In this document: positions 9,022 to 17,908 of the stretch, piece by piece | Position numbering within the stretch: the stretch's first letter is position 1 | How the letters are laid out: each line of letters begins with the position of its first letter | Assembly: GCA_903866625.1 (NCBI GenBank) | Contig: CAIPOI010000008.1 | Span: 72,674-136,673, forward strand | Direction of reading: 5' to 3' | DNA: 64,000 nucleotides | Origin: an uncultured archaeon | GTDB lineage: Archaea > Nanobdellota > Nanobdellia > Pacearchaeales > GW2011-AR1 | Notes under the pieces: model-generated | The model's database searches: none | What the model was told of the DNA's origin: nothing | Seen by the model: the letters and a program-made list of their open reading frames with translations, nothing else | Made by a program: the position numbers and the translations under genes

Positions 9022-9756
9022 ATGGCTCCAGAAACTGGAGAGGTGATAGAAGCAGGAAATGTAGGGGAGGATTCTCCTCTTATCGAAAATGCCTGCAGTA
9101 TCTCCCCTATTATGGCTCTAAGCTTTTCTGATACCACACCTCATAGAGTAAAGGCTTCTGAAGAATTTTCTATAGGTATTAATCTTCGATTGGCAGGTAA
9201 CTATCATTTGACCGCTAGAGAACTTCTAAGAGATACTTTTATTTCTTGGGCTAATACTTTTTCAGAACAGCCCGACTATGCTAAATATTATATTGCTAAT
9301 TTAGATTTCGCAATTGCTACCGCAACCAATGGAAATCTGGCTGTATTTTCTAAAAAATTAAATCTTGGAAAACTTGCAGAGCACGGACTTTTTAGTGAAG
9401 GCGGTTATAGTTTGAATATAGTAGAATATGCTCCAGGTAAACTTGGGAGTTATCTTTTGCTTGCAAGATTAAGAAGAGAAGGCGAAGAGGGTAATAGTAT
9501 TTCTCGCAATTCTGATAGCACTGTTGCTAGCCCCTTAGAAATTTTAGCTAATCCTGCTTTATTTGCAAAGAGCGGTTCTAGTGCTAAAGGTTTAAGTTTG
9601 CTAGGTAGTCATGGAGCTTCTCCACCCGTAAATCTTCCTGCTAAATCTAATTCTCTTCCTACTTCTTCAAAAATTCCTGCAACTCCCCCACCCGCGAAAC
9701 AAAAGATTACACTTTCTGCAGATTACTTGGCAAGGTTTAAATTAAAAAAACATTAG
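9022..9756 (+). CDS. Hypothetical protein (244 aa), compositional outlier
   Basis: Long ORF with visibly higher GC than its neighbours. A/S/G/L/P-rich, with a Pro/Ser-rich tail (..PPVNLPAKSNSLPTSSKIPATPPPAKQK..). No family recognised. Confidence 0.5.
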   Translation: MAPETGEVIEAGNVGEDSPLIENACSISPIMALSFSDTTPHRVKASEEFSIGINLRLAGNYHLTARELLRDTFISWANTFSEQPDYAKYYIANLDFAIATATNGNLAVFSKKLNLGKLAEHGLFSEGGYSLNIVEYAPGKLGSYLLLARLRREGEEGNSISRNSDSTVASPLEILANPALFAKSGSSAKGLSLLGSHGASPPVNLPAKSNSLPTSSKIPATPPPAKQKITLSADYLARFKLKKH

Positions 9757-11463
9757 CTACATCTCTTCCATAACTTCAATTCCGAGAAGATATAAAGAAT
9801 TCTTTAAAACCGTTCTAAAAGCATCGACTAATTTTAATCTAAAAACTTCTGTTTCTTTTCCTTCTTCAGGATTTATAACTTTGCAAGAAGTGTAGAAACC
9901 ATTGAAAGCTTGAGATAGCTCAAAAGAATAGTTTGCAATTAAACTTGGATTTAATTTTTCTGCTGCTTCTTTCACTATTTTTGGAAAATCTAAAATCTTC
10001 TTTATGAGTTCTTTTTCTTTTTCATTAAGGTTTTTAGGAATTTTTATTTTTCTAGCTATTTTTTTTGCCTTGTTTATTATTGAACTTGCCCTAGCATAAG
10101 AGTATTGTAAATACGGACCAGTATTACCTTCAAAACTAAGTGCCTGATCCCATGAGAACTCAACATCTTTTTGAGGTTCGTTTTTTATTATAATATATTT
10201 TACTGCGCCAACTCCTATCTTTTCTTCATCTCCTTTTGTCTCTCTTTTTTTTATTTCTTCCTTAGCTTTCTCAACAGTTTTCTTTAGAACATCTTCAAGC
10301 AAGACTATTTTTCCTGCTCTTGAAGCTATAATCTCGTTTCCAAAGTTTACTGTTCCAAAAGGTACGTGATAACATTTATCTGAAAAATCATATCCAAACT
10401 TTTTTATTATCTCAAATAGTTGTTGAAAGTGCATCATCTGTCTATAATCTGTAACATAGATCATTTTTTCAAATTTGTATTTTTTATTTCTTTCAACTGC
10501 CGCAGCAATATCTTGAGTTATATATGAAGCAGTGCCGTTGCTTCTAAGAATAAATTTTTTCGGCAGTTTATCGAATTCTATATAGATGGCTCCTGTTTCT
10601 CTATCTGTTTTTGCAATTCCTTTTTTTGCAGCATTCATAACTATCTCTTTTCCTGCTTCTGAGAACTTACTTTGTCCTGTTACCTCATTAAACTCTACAT
10701 TTAGCATTTTGTAAACTCGGTCAAAACCTTTTCCAGAAGCTTTTCTTATTTCTTCCCAAATTTTATGTGCCTTTTCATCACCCATTTCTATGAGTTTTAG
10801 TTTTTCTTTAGCTTTATTGGTCCATTCATTATTTTCAAATTCTTGTTCATCTGTACCCTCTTGGACCTGAGATTTTTCTTTTTCACAGAATTTTACATAG
10901 AGTCTTAAAAGTTCTTTTACAGGGTCTTTTTTTAATTCATCTTTATTCAACCATAATTCCCAAGCAACTATTAATTTTCCTATGTGTAATCCTATGTCGC
11001 CCATGTAGTTTATTCCAAAGGGTTCGTAGCCAAGATAACTATAAATTCTCATAAGAGAGTCTCCAATTATTGTTGAACGAATATGGCCTATATGCATTGG
11101 CTTTCCAATGTTGGGTGAAGAAAAATCAATTACTATTTTCTTTTTATTTCCAAAATTATCTCTCCCATAATCTTTGTTAATATTCAGAACTTCTTCTACA
11201 AATATTTTCTTATCAATAAATATATTCAAATAAGGTCCTTGAGCTTTTATTTGAGAAATAGGGGATTTTAGTTTAATATTACTCGCTAGATTCTTTGCTA
11301 TTTCAACTGGGCTTTTTTTCATAATTCCTGCTAATTTAAAGCAAGGAAAAGCATAATCTCCAAGTTCAACTGATTTTGGAATTTCTAGAATAGTCTCGAT
11401 TTCTTCTTTTTTTAAACCAGTAGGCTTTGCCAGTTGTTTTGCTATTTCCTCTTTGTGTTGCAT
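9757..11463 (-). CDS. argS: Arginyl-tRNA synthetase
   Basis: ..SSPNIGKPMHIGHIRS.. (HIGH motif) and a DALR-type anticodon-binding C-terminus ending ..VMEEM. 568 aa. Confidence 0.95.
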   Translation of the reverse strand: MQHKEEIAKQLAKPTGLKKEEIETILEIPKSVELGDYAFPCFKLAGIMKKSPVEIAKNLASNIKLKSPISQIKAQGPYLNIFIDKKIFVEEVLNINKDYGRDNFGNKKKIVIDFSSPNIGKPMHIGHIRSTIIGDSLMRIYSYLGYEPFGINYMGDIGLHIGKLIVAWELWLNKDELKKDPVKELLRLYVKFCEKEKSQVQEGTDEQEFENNEWTNKAKEKLKLIEMGDEKAHKIWEEIRKASGKGFDRVYKMLNVEFNEVTGQSKFSEAGKEIVMNAAKKGIAKTDRETGAIYIEFDKLPKKFILRSNGTASYITQDIAAAVERNKKYKFEKMIYVTDYRQMMHFQQLFEIIKKFGYDFSDKCYHVPFGTVNFGNEIIASRAGKIVLLEDVLKKTVEKAKEEIKKRETKGDEEKIGVGAVKYIIIKNEPQKDVEFSWDQALSFEGNTGPYLQYSYARASSIINKAKKIARKIKIPKNLNEKEKELIKKILDFPKIVKEAAEKLNPSLIANYSFELSQAFNGFYTSCKVINPEEGKETEVFRLKLVDAFRTVLKNSLYLLGIEVMEEM

Positions 11464-11505
11464 GATTTATTTATGGTTGTTGGATTTATAAAATATACGC
11501 TCATT

Positions 11506-11530
11506 ACAAACCGGTACAAGTTCGGTTTGT
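11506..11530. promoter_or_regulatory. Perfect 8-bp stem hairpin/palindrome ACAAACCG-N9-CGGTTTGT between the zinc-ribbon gene and argS
   Basis: Seen directly. Lies just upstream of the argS TATA-like box (about 11484-11495) and about 100 nt downstream of the 11632 stop. Confidence 0.3.
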
Positions 11531-11631
11531 ACTTTTATCATTAATAATTGTAATACCTCAAAAATATGCTGGTTTAATTGTTAGATATTTTATCTTGCTA
11601 TCAGAAACATATAGGATTACCAACATAAAAT

Positions 11632-11916
11632 TTATTCTCTAACTTTTTTACCACAATTAGTACAGAATTTTTCACTATCACCCAAGCTGGATTGACAACC
11701 TGGACAATTTGTTAGAGGAACTTTCATTTCTCCACCACATTGGGGACAGAATTTTTGACCTTCATCTCCGCCTCTTCCACATTTAACGCATTTTGGGGGG
11801 ATTTTTTTTCTTTCTATAACTGCTTTATAACCTTTTTTTCCAGAAACTAGTAGAGAATAAGCATCTGCAATTGCATCTTGGTCTTGCAATTTTCTTAAGT
11901 CTAAACATGAACCCAT
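11632..11916 (-). CDS. Double zinc-ribbon protein
   Basis: Two CxxC..CxxC units: CVKCG..CPQCG and CPGCQ..CTNCG. 94 aa. Confidence 0.65.
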   Translation of the reverse strand: MGSCLDLRKLQDQDAIADAYSLLVSGKKGYKAVIERKKIPPKCVKCGRGGDEGQKFCPQCGGEMKVPLTNCPGCQSSLGDSEKFCTNCGKKVRE

Positions 11917-12063
11917 TTTTTATTTTTCTTTTCCTCTTTTTGATTTTCTCTTTAAAACTATTTTGATATTTCTCTTTTTAAATATTTCTGTACTATTCTT
12001 TAATTAAGAAAATTAAGAAAAATAAAATGAAAACTTTAAATATTCGGCTAACAAAATAATTTT

Positions 12064-12231
12064 ATGAAGAAGTGTTGTATATGTGATTCAGAAATTATTG
12101 AAGAAAACGGCAAGCTTTTAGGGACTATGCTAAAAGTTGTTGAAGACAAAAAGAAATCTTGGATTTATGCTTGTTCTTCTTGTCAGAAAGATGAGAAGTG
12201 GATTGAGAAGGCTAAGGTAAAGAGTGCTTAA
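12064..12231 (+). CDS. Possible small zinc-ribbon protein (55 aa, MKKCCICDSE..ACSSCQKDEKW..)
   Basis: Hand-read ORF below the track cutoff. CxxC..CxxC pair. TATA-like TTTAAATA about 28 nt upstream of the ATG. Confidence 0.45.
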   Translation: MKKCCICDSEIIEENGKLLGTMLKVVEDKKKSWIYACSSCQKDEKWIEKAKVKSA

Positions 12232-12256
12232 ACTTCTATTTTTAATAAAATTTAAA

Positions 12257-12481
12257 TTAAGGAAATAAAGGGATAATTGCAGGTAATCTAATATACTTGT
12301 TATCTTCTAATCTTGATTGAGAATATAGCTGGGCTGGAATTGAGGATTTTATAGATTCATCTGTAATTTGGAGACAAGTATCTAAATATTTTAATCCACT
12401 TAACAATAACACTGCTGCTAATCCTGCTGCACCAATTGTTGGACCAATACCTAATTCTAAATTAAATTTTCGGTGGCTCAT
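12257..12481 (-). CDS. Small membrane protein (74 aa from ATG; the track ORF begins at an upstream TTG)
   Basis: MSHRKFNLELGIGPTIGAAGLAAVLLLSG.. contains one TM segment. TATA-like TCTTTAAATAAC about 30 nt upstream on the minus strand. Confidence 0.4.
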   Translation of the reverse strand: MSHRKFNLELGIGPTIGAAGLAAVLLLSGLKYLDTCLQITDESIKSSIPAQLYSQSRLEDNKYIRLPAIIPLFP

Positions 12482-12527
12482 ATTTTTAAGATGCAACTTA
12501 GTTATTTAAAGATTTATATGATTTTCA

Positions 12528-12610
12528 TGCGGGAGGTAGGACTCGAACCTACGAAGGCATAAGCCACAGGATCTTAAGTCCTGCCCGTTTGACCACTCCG
12601 GAACCCCCGC
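12528..12610 (-). tRNA. tRNA-Leu (anticodon UAA), class II with long variable arm, no encoded CCA
   Basis: Reverse complement is GCGGGGGTTCCGGAGTGGTCAAACGGGCAGGACTTAAGATCCTGTGGCTTATGCCTTCGTAGGTTCGAGTCCTACCTCCCGCA. Folded by hand: 7-bp acceptor stem (one G-U), 3-bp D stem, anticodon stem CAGGA/TCCTG with loop CTTAAGA, long variable arm, T stem GTAGG/CCTAC with loop TTCGAGT. Confidence 0.95.
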
Positions 12611-12631
12611 ATAATAATATTGGTTTTATTT

Positions 12632-12644
12632 GACTTATAAAGTT
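12632..12644 (-). promoter_or_regulatory. TATA-like box for tRNA-Leu
   Basis: Minus strand reads AACTTTATAAGTC, centred about 28 nt upstream of tRNA position 1. Confidence 0.4.
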
Positions 12645-12706
12645 TTCTTATATCTTAATTTTTTTATTATCACTATCTTTTTAAACTTAAAAATCCTAAG
12701 TATTTT

Positions 12707-15622
12707 ATGAAAAAAGCAGGTAAGGGTCAGAAGGCTAAAGATATAAGAAAAGTTAGGAATTATGATTTTCTTCTTGCATTTTTCTTTTTGTTTATTGTTG
12801 CTTGTGTGGGTTTTTCTGGATATAATCAAGTTGGGATGACTGGGAATGTGATATATGATCCCGCCCCACAAAATTTGGTTGCTTATTATCCTCTTGATGG
12901 AAATTTGAGTGACTCTTCTGGAAATGGTAATGACGGAACTTGGGGGGGAGTAGTTAATTATAGCGCAGGGGTTTTTGGATCTTCTGCTTATTTTAATGGA
13001 GATTATAACAGTGCTGATGATTATCTCTCAATTCCCTATAGCTCTTCGTTAGATTATCTTTCAAGTGATGGATTTACGATATCTGTTTGGATAAAATCTG
13101 AGGATTTTTCATGCTTGACTGCAACTAGACAGGTAATTTTATCTAATTGGCCTTCTACCAATGATGTTTCTATTTATCTAGCCTCGGATTTAAACGGACA
13201 TTGTAGGCTTGAAGCATATGTTTCTAATATCGGTTCTATTGTTGGAAATAATGACCTATTCGGGTCTAACAATAATGGCATTAATGAATGGTTTCTAGTT
13301 ACTTTTGTAGGGAATTATACGGGTTCTAGTTATGAACTTAAATTGTATAAAGACGGAATTATGATTAATAGTTCTTCAATTGCTCAAATTAAATTAAATT
13401 CTATTGGTATGAGTGATTTTTTTATAGGAGATAGTGCTAATTTTTTTTATGCAAGGGAATTTTATGGTTCAATAGACGAAGTTCGTTTTTATAATCGGTC
13501 TCTTACTTCTCAAGAAATTCTTGATTATTATAATTCTGTTGGGTTAATTTTGGATAGTCACGCATGTAACTCTTCGATTCAATGTAAATCTGCGTTTTGT
13601 AGTTCTATAGGTATTTGCGGGAATCAGAGCCTTGAATCTAGTTGTGGTGTAGACTCAGATTGTAATTCTTTTCTTCAGTGTAATCTTACTTCTAATAAAT
13701 GTTCTAGTGTCCCAAATGGTTTTATTTGCACTTTAAACGATCAATGTCTATCAAATTATTGTAATCCTATTCATCTCTGTTCTTCGACTCTGAGCTCTAA
13801 TATGAGTGGTAATGGTTCTTTAATATCTCCCTACGTTATAACTGATTGCGTTCAATTACAGAGAGTAAAAGAATCATTGAAAGCATATTATGTTCTTGGT
13901 AATGATATTAACTGTTCGGATACGGTTCATTGGAATTTTAATAGGACTCGAGGAATATATGAAGGTTTTGAACCCATCGCCACGAGTAAAATTGGTTATT
14001 ATTTTGGAGGTTCTTTAGATGGTACAGGTCATACTATCTCAGATCTGTATTTTAATAGAACCGATATTTGTACGGGTTTATTTGGACTATTGAGTGGAAA
14101 TGTTACAAATTTGACTTTGTTAAATGTAAACTATAGTAGTAGTGCTCAGGAAGTTGGAGGCATAGCAGGATGTATTGGTTATTATGAAAATCCTTCAGTT
14201 AGTATAGATCATGTTTCTGTTATCGGAAAAATTGTTTGTATACAAGAATGCGGCGGTATAGCTGGAATTGTCTTGCAAACGAGTACTGCGATGAATGACT
14301 CCTCTATAACTATTGATTTTACAGAAGACAGTAATTTTGTTCATACAGGAGATATCGTTGGATCGGCTTATGGCGGTTCAAATATAAATAATACTGTAAA
14401 TGGGGTATTAATCTCTTGTCTAAATAGATCTAGGTCCAATGCAACCTATAATGGACTTTATGTTGTTGATTCTTATTCTGATTGCAGTAATGGAGGTATA
14501 ACTTATATTTCTAATAGGATAATTAATAAGTTTTCATTCAAATATCCTCAGGAATATATTTTTAGTAATGTTACTTTTACAAATTCTAATCTGAGCAATG
14601 GTCCAATAACCCTATTTAATGGTTCTGCTGCATTTAACACTAGATTTAATACTATAAACTATTCTGGAGTCTTTGATATAAACAGCTCAGTTATAAATAA
14701 TTCTACCATCTTTGATTCCCAATTCAATAACTTCAGAGATTCAATTATAGTTAACTCTAATTTGATTAATCTTACTAATTCTAATATTTATTCATCGAAT
14801 TTAACTAATGTGTCTCTTGAATGGTCTAATGGTCTTTCGAAGATTTTATTTTTTAATAATATTAATGCAACTAATCTTAATACTAGTAAGGATTTGATTC
14901 TAAACGATACTTTTGCATTTGTTAATTCAACAAATCAACCTGGCATGAATGTATCTGCAAATATAACTTTCAATTTAGGTAGTCTTGCAGTTTATGGTGG
15001 ATTAATTTTAAGAGACGGAATTCCTTGTGACGAAACGACTAATCCTAGTTGCTATAACTTTACTAGTCTTTCGGGTGTAAATCTAGTTAAGTTTAATGTT
15101 TCTTCTTGGAGTAATTACTCCCTAAATGGAACATTTCAACAACCATGCGGTAATAACATTTTAGAGCCTCAATATGGTGAGGTTTGTGATGGTCCTTCTT
15201 TTGGCGGTTTAACTTGTTCGACTTATAATTTTAATCAAGGTAGCTTGAGTTGTTATGCTAATTGTACAGTTGATAATTCTGGATGTTCTAATTCTACTTC
15301 TGTTTCTAATAATACAAACAACAATGGTAACGCTGGAACTGGCGGTTCTGGTGGCGGAGGCGGTGGTGGAGGAAGCAGCATACCTAAAAATACAGTTGTA
15401 ATTAATAATTCTGGGACAGGAAGTGGCAATGGTTTGATAAATGAGACTCCTGAAGAACACGCTCAAAGAATTGAAAAAGTTAAAACAACAGTTAGTGCTA
15501 GTGTTATAACTTTGTTAGTTGCTTCTATAGTTTTGGTTTTAGCCATAATTCTTCTTCTTATTCTTAGGCTTAGAAGAGCAAATAGCATTGGAGAAGCTCA
15601 AAAGCTAGTTAGTAACTCTTAA
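12707..15622 (+). CDS. Large surface protein: signal/TM, LamG-like (concanavalin-A-type) domain, Cys-rich repeats, GLUG-like GGIAG motifs, Asn-rich sequon region, Cys-rich CGNN..E..GE.CD module, poly-Gly, C-terminal TM anchor
   Basis: ..YYPLDGNLSDSSGNGNDGTWGG..AGVFGSSAYFNG..GSIDEVRFYNRSLTSQEI is the Laminin_G_3-type pattern. Three C-x5-C-x4-C-x5-C units. VGGIAGC/CGGIAGI. CGNNILEPQYGEVCDG. GGSGGGGGGGGSS. Final TM plus RLRR tail. Confidence 0.85.
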   Translation: MKKAGKGQKAKDIRKVRNYDFLLAFFFLFIVACVGFSGYNQVGMTGNVIYDPAPQNLVAYYPLDGNLSDSSGNGNDGTWGGVVNYSAGVFGSSAYFNGDYNSADDYLSIPYSSSLDYLSSDGFTISVWIKSEDFSCLTATRQVILSNWPSTNDVSIYLASDLNGHCRLEAYVSNIGSIVGNNDLFGSNNNGINEWFLVTFVGNYTGSSYELKLYKDGIMINSSSIAQIKLNSIGMSDFFIGDSANFFYAREFYGSIDEVRFYNRSLTSQEILDYYNSVGLILDSHACNSSIQCKSAFCSSIGICGNQSLESSCGVDSDCNSFLQCNLTSNKCSSVPNGFICTLNDQCLSNYCNPIHLCSSTLSSNMSGNGSLISPYVITDCVQLQRVKESLKAYYVLGNDINCSDTVHWNFNRTRGIYEGFEPIATSKIGYYFGGSLDGTGHTISDLYFNRTDICTGLFGLLSGNVTNLTLLNVNYSSSAQEVGGIAGCIGYYENPSVSIDHVSVIGKIVCIQECGGIAGIVLQTSTAMNDSSITIDFTEDSNFVHTGDIVGSAYGGSNINNTVNGVLISCLNRSRSNATYNGLYVVDSYSDCSNGGITYISNRIINKFSFKYPQEYIFSNVTFTNSNLSNGPITLFNGSAAFNTRFNTINYSGVFDINSSVINNSTIFDSQFNNFRDSIIVNSNLINLTNSNIYSSNLTNVSLEWSNGLSKILFFNNINATNLNTSKDLILNDTFAFVNSTNQPGMNVSANITFNLGSLAVYGGLILRDGIPCDETTNPSCYNFTSLSGVNLVKFNVSSWSNYSLNGTFQQPCGNNILEPQYGEVCDGPSFGGLTCSTYNFNQGSLSCYANCTVDNSGCSNSTSVSNNTNNNGNAGTGGSGGGGGGGGSSIPKNTVVINNSGTGSGNGLINETPEEHAQRIEKVKTTVSASVITLLVASIVLVLAIILLLILRLRRANSIGEAQKLVSNS

Positions 15623-15627
15623 AATTT
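15447..15627. repeat. Dispersed repeat: 3' end of 12707..15622 duplicated at window positions 1-175
   Basis: First about 100 nt nearly identical (2 mismatches), followed by diverged but alignable sequence ending in the shared GTTAGTAACTCTTAAAA. Confidence 0.85.
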
Positions 15628-15751
15628 GTGTAATTTCTAAGTAGTCACAAAACAAAAGCTTTATATACTCTTTTTAATTCTATTTTTTATCCTATTGGGA
15701 AAGAGTTCTGGTGTGTTAATTTAAAATATAATCAAAAGAAAAAACACAAAA

Positions 15752-16015
15752 ATGATTTGCGATTTGGTTAATGTTGGAGTAGGAATTTATACTGGTGTTA
15801 TGCATGGTCTGGGTCATAATATCAATCCCCGAAATGCTAGTTTAACTCTTGGTGGTTTGGCAGTTGTTACTGGTTTAATTGGGGCCATAGAAGATAAAAA
15901 TGTCGAAACTTTTCCAGAGCATCTATATGCTACGAGCATATATTCATTCGAGGGCGCTGTGGAAATTGGTTTGGGCTACGGATTAGGGAGGGGCTTAGTA
16001 GCTATGTTCAATTAA
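15752..16015 (+). CDS. Small Gly-rich membrane protein (87 aa)
   Basis: Two hydrophobic Gly-rich segments. Stop is 1 nt before the next gene's ATG, indicating coupling. Confidence 0.5.
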   Translation: MICDLVNVGVGIYTGVMHGLGHNINPRNASLTLGGLAVVTGLIGAIEDKNVETFPEHLYATSIYSFEGAVEIGLGYGLGRGLVAMFN

Positions 16016-16016
16016 A

Positions 16017-17519
16017 ATGAAAACTCAACTCCTAACACTAAGCGTCTTTGCAATTTTACTATTAAGTTTAGCTTCAGTTTCAGCAATATATTATGTTAAT
16101 GAGCCTACTGCTGCTGGAGCTCCTGGCTATTGGGTTTGTGATAGTGTTTATCAAAACTGTGAGTTCGGAGTTATAACTCCTTGTGCTTGTGGTACTATAA
16201 ATTGTGATAGAGTAAATACTTGTGAAAGCGTTCAATCTGGAAAAGTTTCAGATACTGGGCTTGTTGGTCCTGCTGGATATCCTTTCTTTTTAACTAATGG
16301 TTATTGCCAGAGTGGTTTTCAATATAATTCTGTTGGTGGACAATCTAATAATTGTGCGATTCCAGTAATTAGTGCTCCAATCGTTTCAATTATAAGTCCT
16401 ACTAATATCACTTACAATAACAATCTTATTTTAGTTAATGTAACTTCTAATCAAGTAATTTCAACTTGGAAATATTCTCTTAATAGCGGAGCAAATGTTA
16501 GTTTTTCAAATCCTCTTTGGTTGACTGTTCCTTTTGGGATAAATACTCTAAAGATATACGGAACAAATTCAAATGGGACTGGAAGTGCAAATGTAACTTT
16601 TTTTGTTGAAAATGTTCCTGTAATCCCAACTGCTCCGATTGTTACAATAGTTAGTCCAGCAAATACTACTTATTCAACAAATGCTCTTACCCTAAATGTT
16701 TCTTCAAATCAAGCAATAACCACTTGGAAATATTCTTTAAATGGAAATAGTAATGTTACATTTACAAATCCCCTAACAATCAATGCTCTTAATGGTACTA
16801 ATTCCATTAAGGTTTATGGAACAAATGCAAATGGAACTGGAAGTGCTAGTGTAATCTTTTACGTAAATAGTTCAAATGGAAACAATAATCAATCAAATTC
16901 AACTATTCCCTCAATAGACGTAACTAATCCTAAGAACGGTTATACTTATAATACTACTAATTTAACTTTGAATGGAACTTCTAATCAGATAGTTAATTGG
17001 AGCTATAAACTTAATAATGGTGTTAATACAAGTTTTATTCCTGGAAATAGCTATAATCTATCTTTAGTTAATGGAACTAATACTATTATCTTTTATGTAA
17101 ACAATTCTAATGGAACTAATAGTCAAACAATAACTTTTACCTATAACTCCAGTTCAAATAACAATAATGTTTGTATACCTAATTGGCTTGCAGGTTCTTG
17201 GAGTTCTTGTCATAATGGTAAGAAAACAAGAAGTTATTTTGATTCTAATCACTGCAATAATAATAGTGGAAAACCTGATGACGAGAAAAAATCTTGCTCT
17301 ACTGGAAATGATAACGGAGATTGTTTAAATGTTAGTGATAATAACTTTGTTTCCCTTGTAGGAGTTTCTGGAGAAACAATTGCTTTGGGCAATAGTACTC
17401 AAGCTTTGAATTCAGATTCTAAAACCTTTAATCCTCTTTGGATTGTTTATTGGGGAATTGTTATTATTCTTTTACTATTAATCGCGATAATCTTAGTTTA
17501 TATAGTTAAATTTATTTAA
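16017..17519 (+). CDS. Secreted, C-terminally anchored surface protein with three tandem ~80-aa Ig-like modules and a TSP1-like W..WS.C module
   Basis: Signal peptide MKTQLLTLSVFAILLLSLASVSA. The repeat unit ..P.NTTY..N.L.LNV.SNQ.I..WKYSLNG..NV.F.....G.N.IK.YGTN.NGTGSA.V.F.V occurs three times. CIPNWLAGSWSSCHNGKKTR..C. Terminal TM. Confidence 0.8.
   Translation: MKTQLLTLSVFAILLLSLASVSAIYYVNEPTAAGAPGYWVCDSVYQNCEFGVITPCACGTINCDRVNTCESVQSGKVSDTGLVGPAGYPFFLTNGYCQSGFQYNSVGGQSNNCAIPVISAPIVSIISPTNITYNNNLILVNVTSNQVISTWKYSLNSGANVSFSNPLWLTVPFGINTLKIYGTNSNGTGSANVTFFVENVPVIPTAPIVTIVSPANTTYSTNALTLNVSSNQAITTWKYSLNGNSNVTFTNPLTINALNGTNSIKVYGTNANGTGSASVIFYVNSSNGNNNQSNSTIPSIDVTNPKNGYTYNTTNLTLNGTSNQIVNWSYKLNNGVNTSFIPGNSYNLSLVNGTNTIIFYVNNSNGTNSQTITFTYNSSSNNNNVCIPNWLAGSWSSCHNGKKTRSYFDSNHCNNNSGKPDDEKKSCSTGNDNGDCLNVSDNNFVSLVGVSGETIALGNSTQALNSDSKTFNPLWIVYWGIVIILLLLIAIILVYIVKFI
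16374..17150 (+). repeat. Three diverged tandem coding repeats (~240 nt each) inside 16017..17519
   Basis: Protein-level repeat is obvious. Nucleotide identity is roughly two-thirds by eye. Boundaries approximate. Confidence 0.7.
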
Positions 17520-17525
17520 TAAGAT

Positions 17526-17870
17526 ATGGCAAATCCAAAATTAAAAAAAATAAAAAATAGGGTAATCGGTTTAGCTGCTTTGGCTGCTGTTTTATATCCT
17601 TCTTACAGTTATTTTGTTCCTGAGACAATTAAAACTAGAATAACTGATGCTTCAATGGTGAAGGTTGATGGAAAATATATGATTGCAACCGAAAATGAAC
17701 CCTTTCAAAATTATGATGCTTTCTATCGTGGAAAGTTTAGTTCTGGTTCAGTTCAAAATGAAGCAATTCGTTTGAAAGGAAAACAAGTAGAGCTTAGAGT
17801 TTATGGTTGGAGAAATTCTTTATTTTCTTGGTACAGAAATGTTAGAAATCTAAATGAAGTGAAGCAGTAA
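17526..17870 (+). CDS. Small N-terminally anchored protein (114 aa)
   Basis: One TM (VIGLAALAAVLYPSY) followed by a beta-rich domain ending ..RVYGWRNSLFSWYRNV... Vaguely reminiscent of DUF1523-type proteins (from memory, unverified). Confidence 0.5.
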   Translation: MANPKLKKIKNRVIGLAALAAVLYPSYSYFVPETIKTRITDASMVKVDGKYMIATENEPFQNYDAFYRGKFSSGSVQNEAIRLKGKQVELRVYGWRNSLFSWYRNVRNLNEVKQ

Positions 17871-17873
17871 ACC

Positions 17874-17889
17874 AAAACTCTTAAATATC
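17874..17889 (+). promoter_or_regulatory. TATA-like box (CTCTTAAATATCC) for the SRP RNA
   Basis: Centred about 25 nt upstream of the first base of the terminal helix, G at 17909. Confidence 0.5.
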
Positions 17890-17908
17890 CTTATCACTTA
17901 TCATATTC

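Noticed and set aside
12635-12871. 78-aa minus-strand ORF overlapping the tRNA promoter region and the 5' end of the LamG gene.
   Set aside because: It overlaps the well-supported start of 12707..15622 and the tRNA-Leu upstream region. The sequence is Lys/Ile low complexity.
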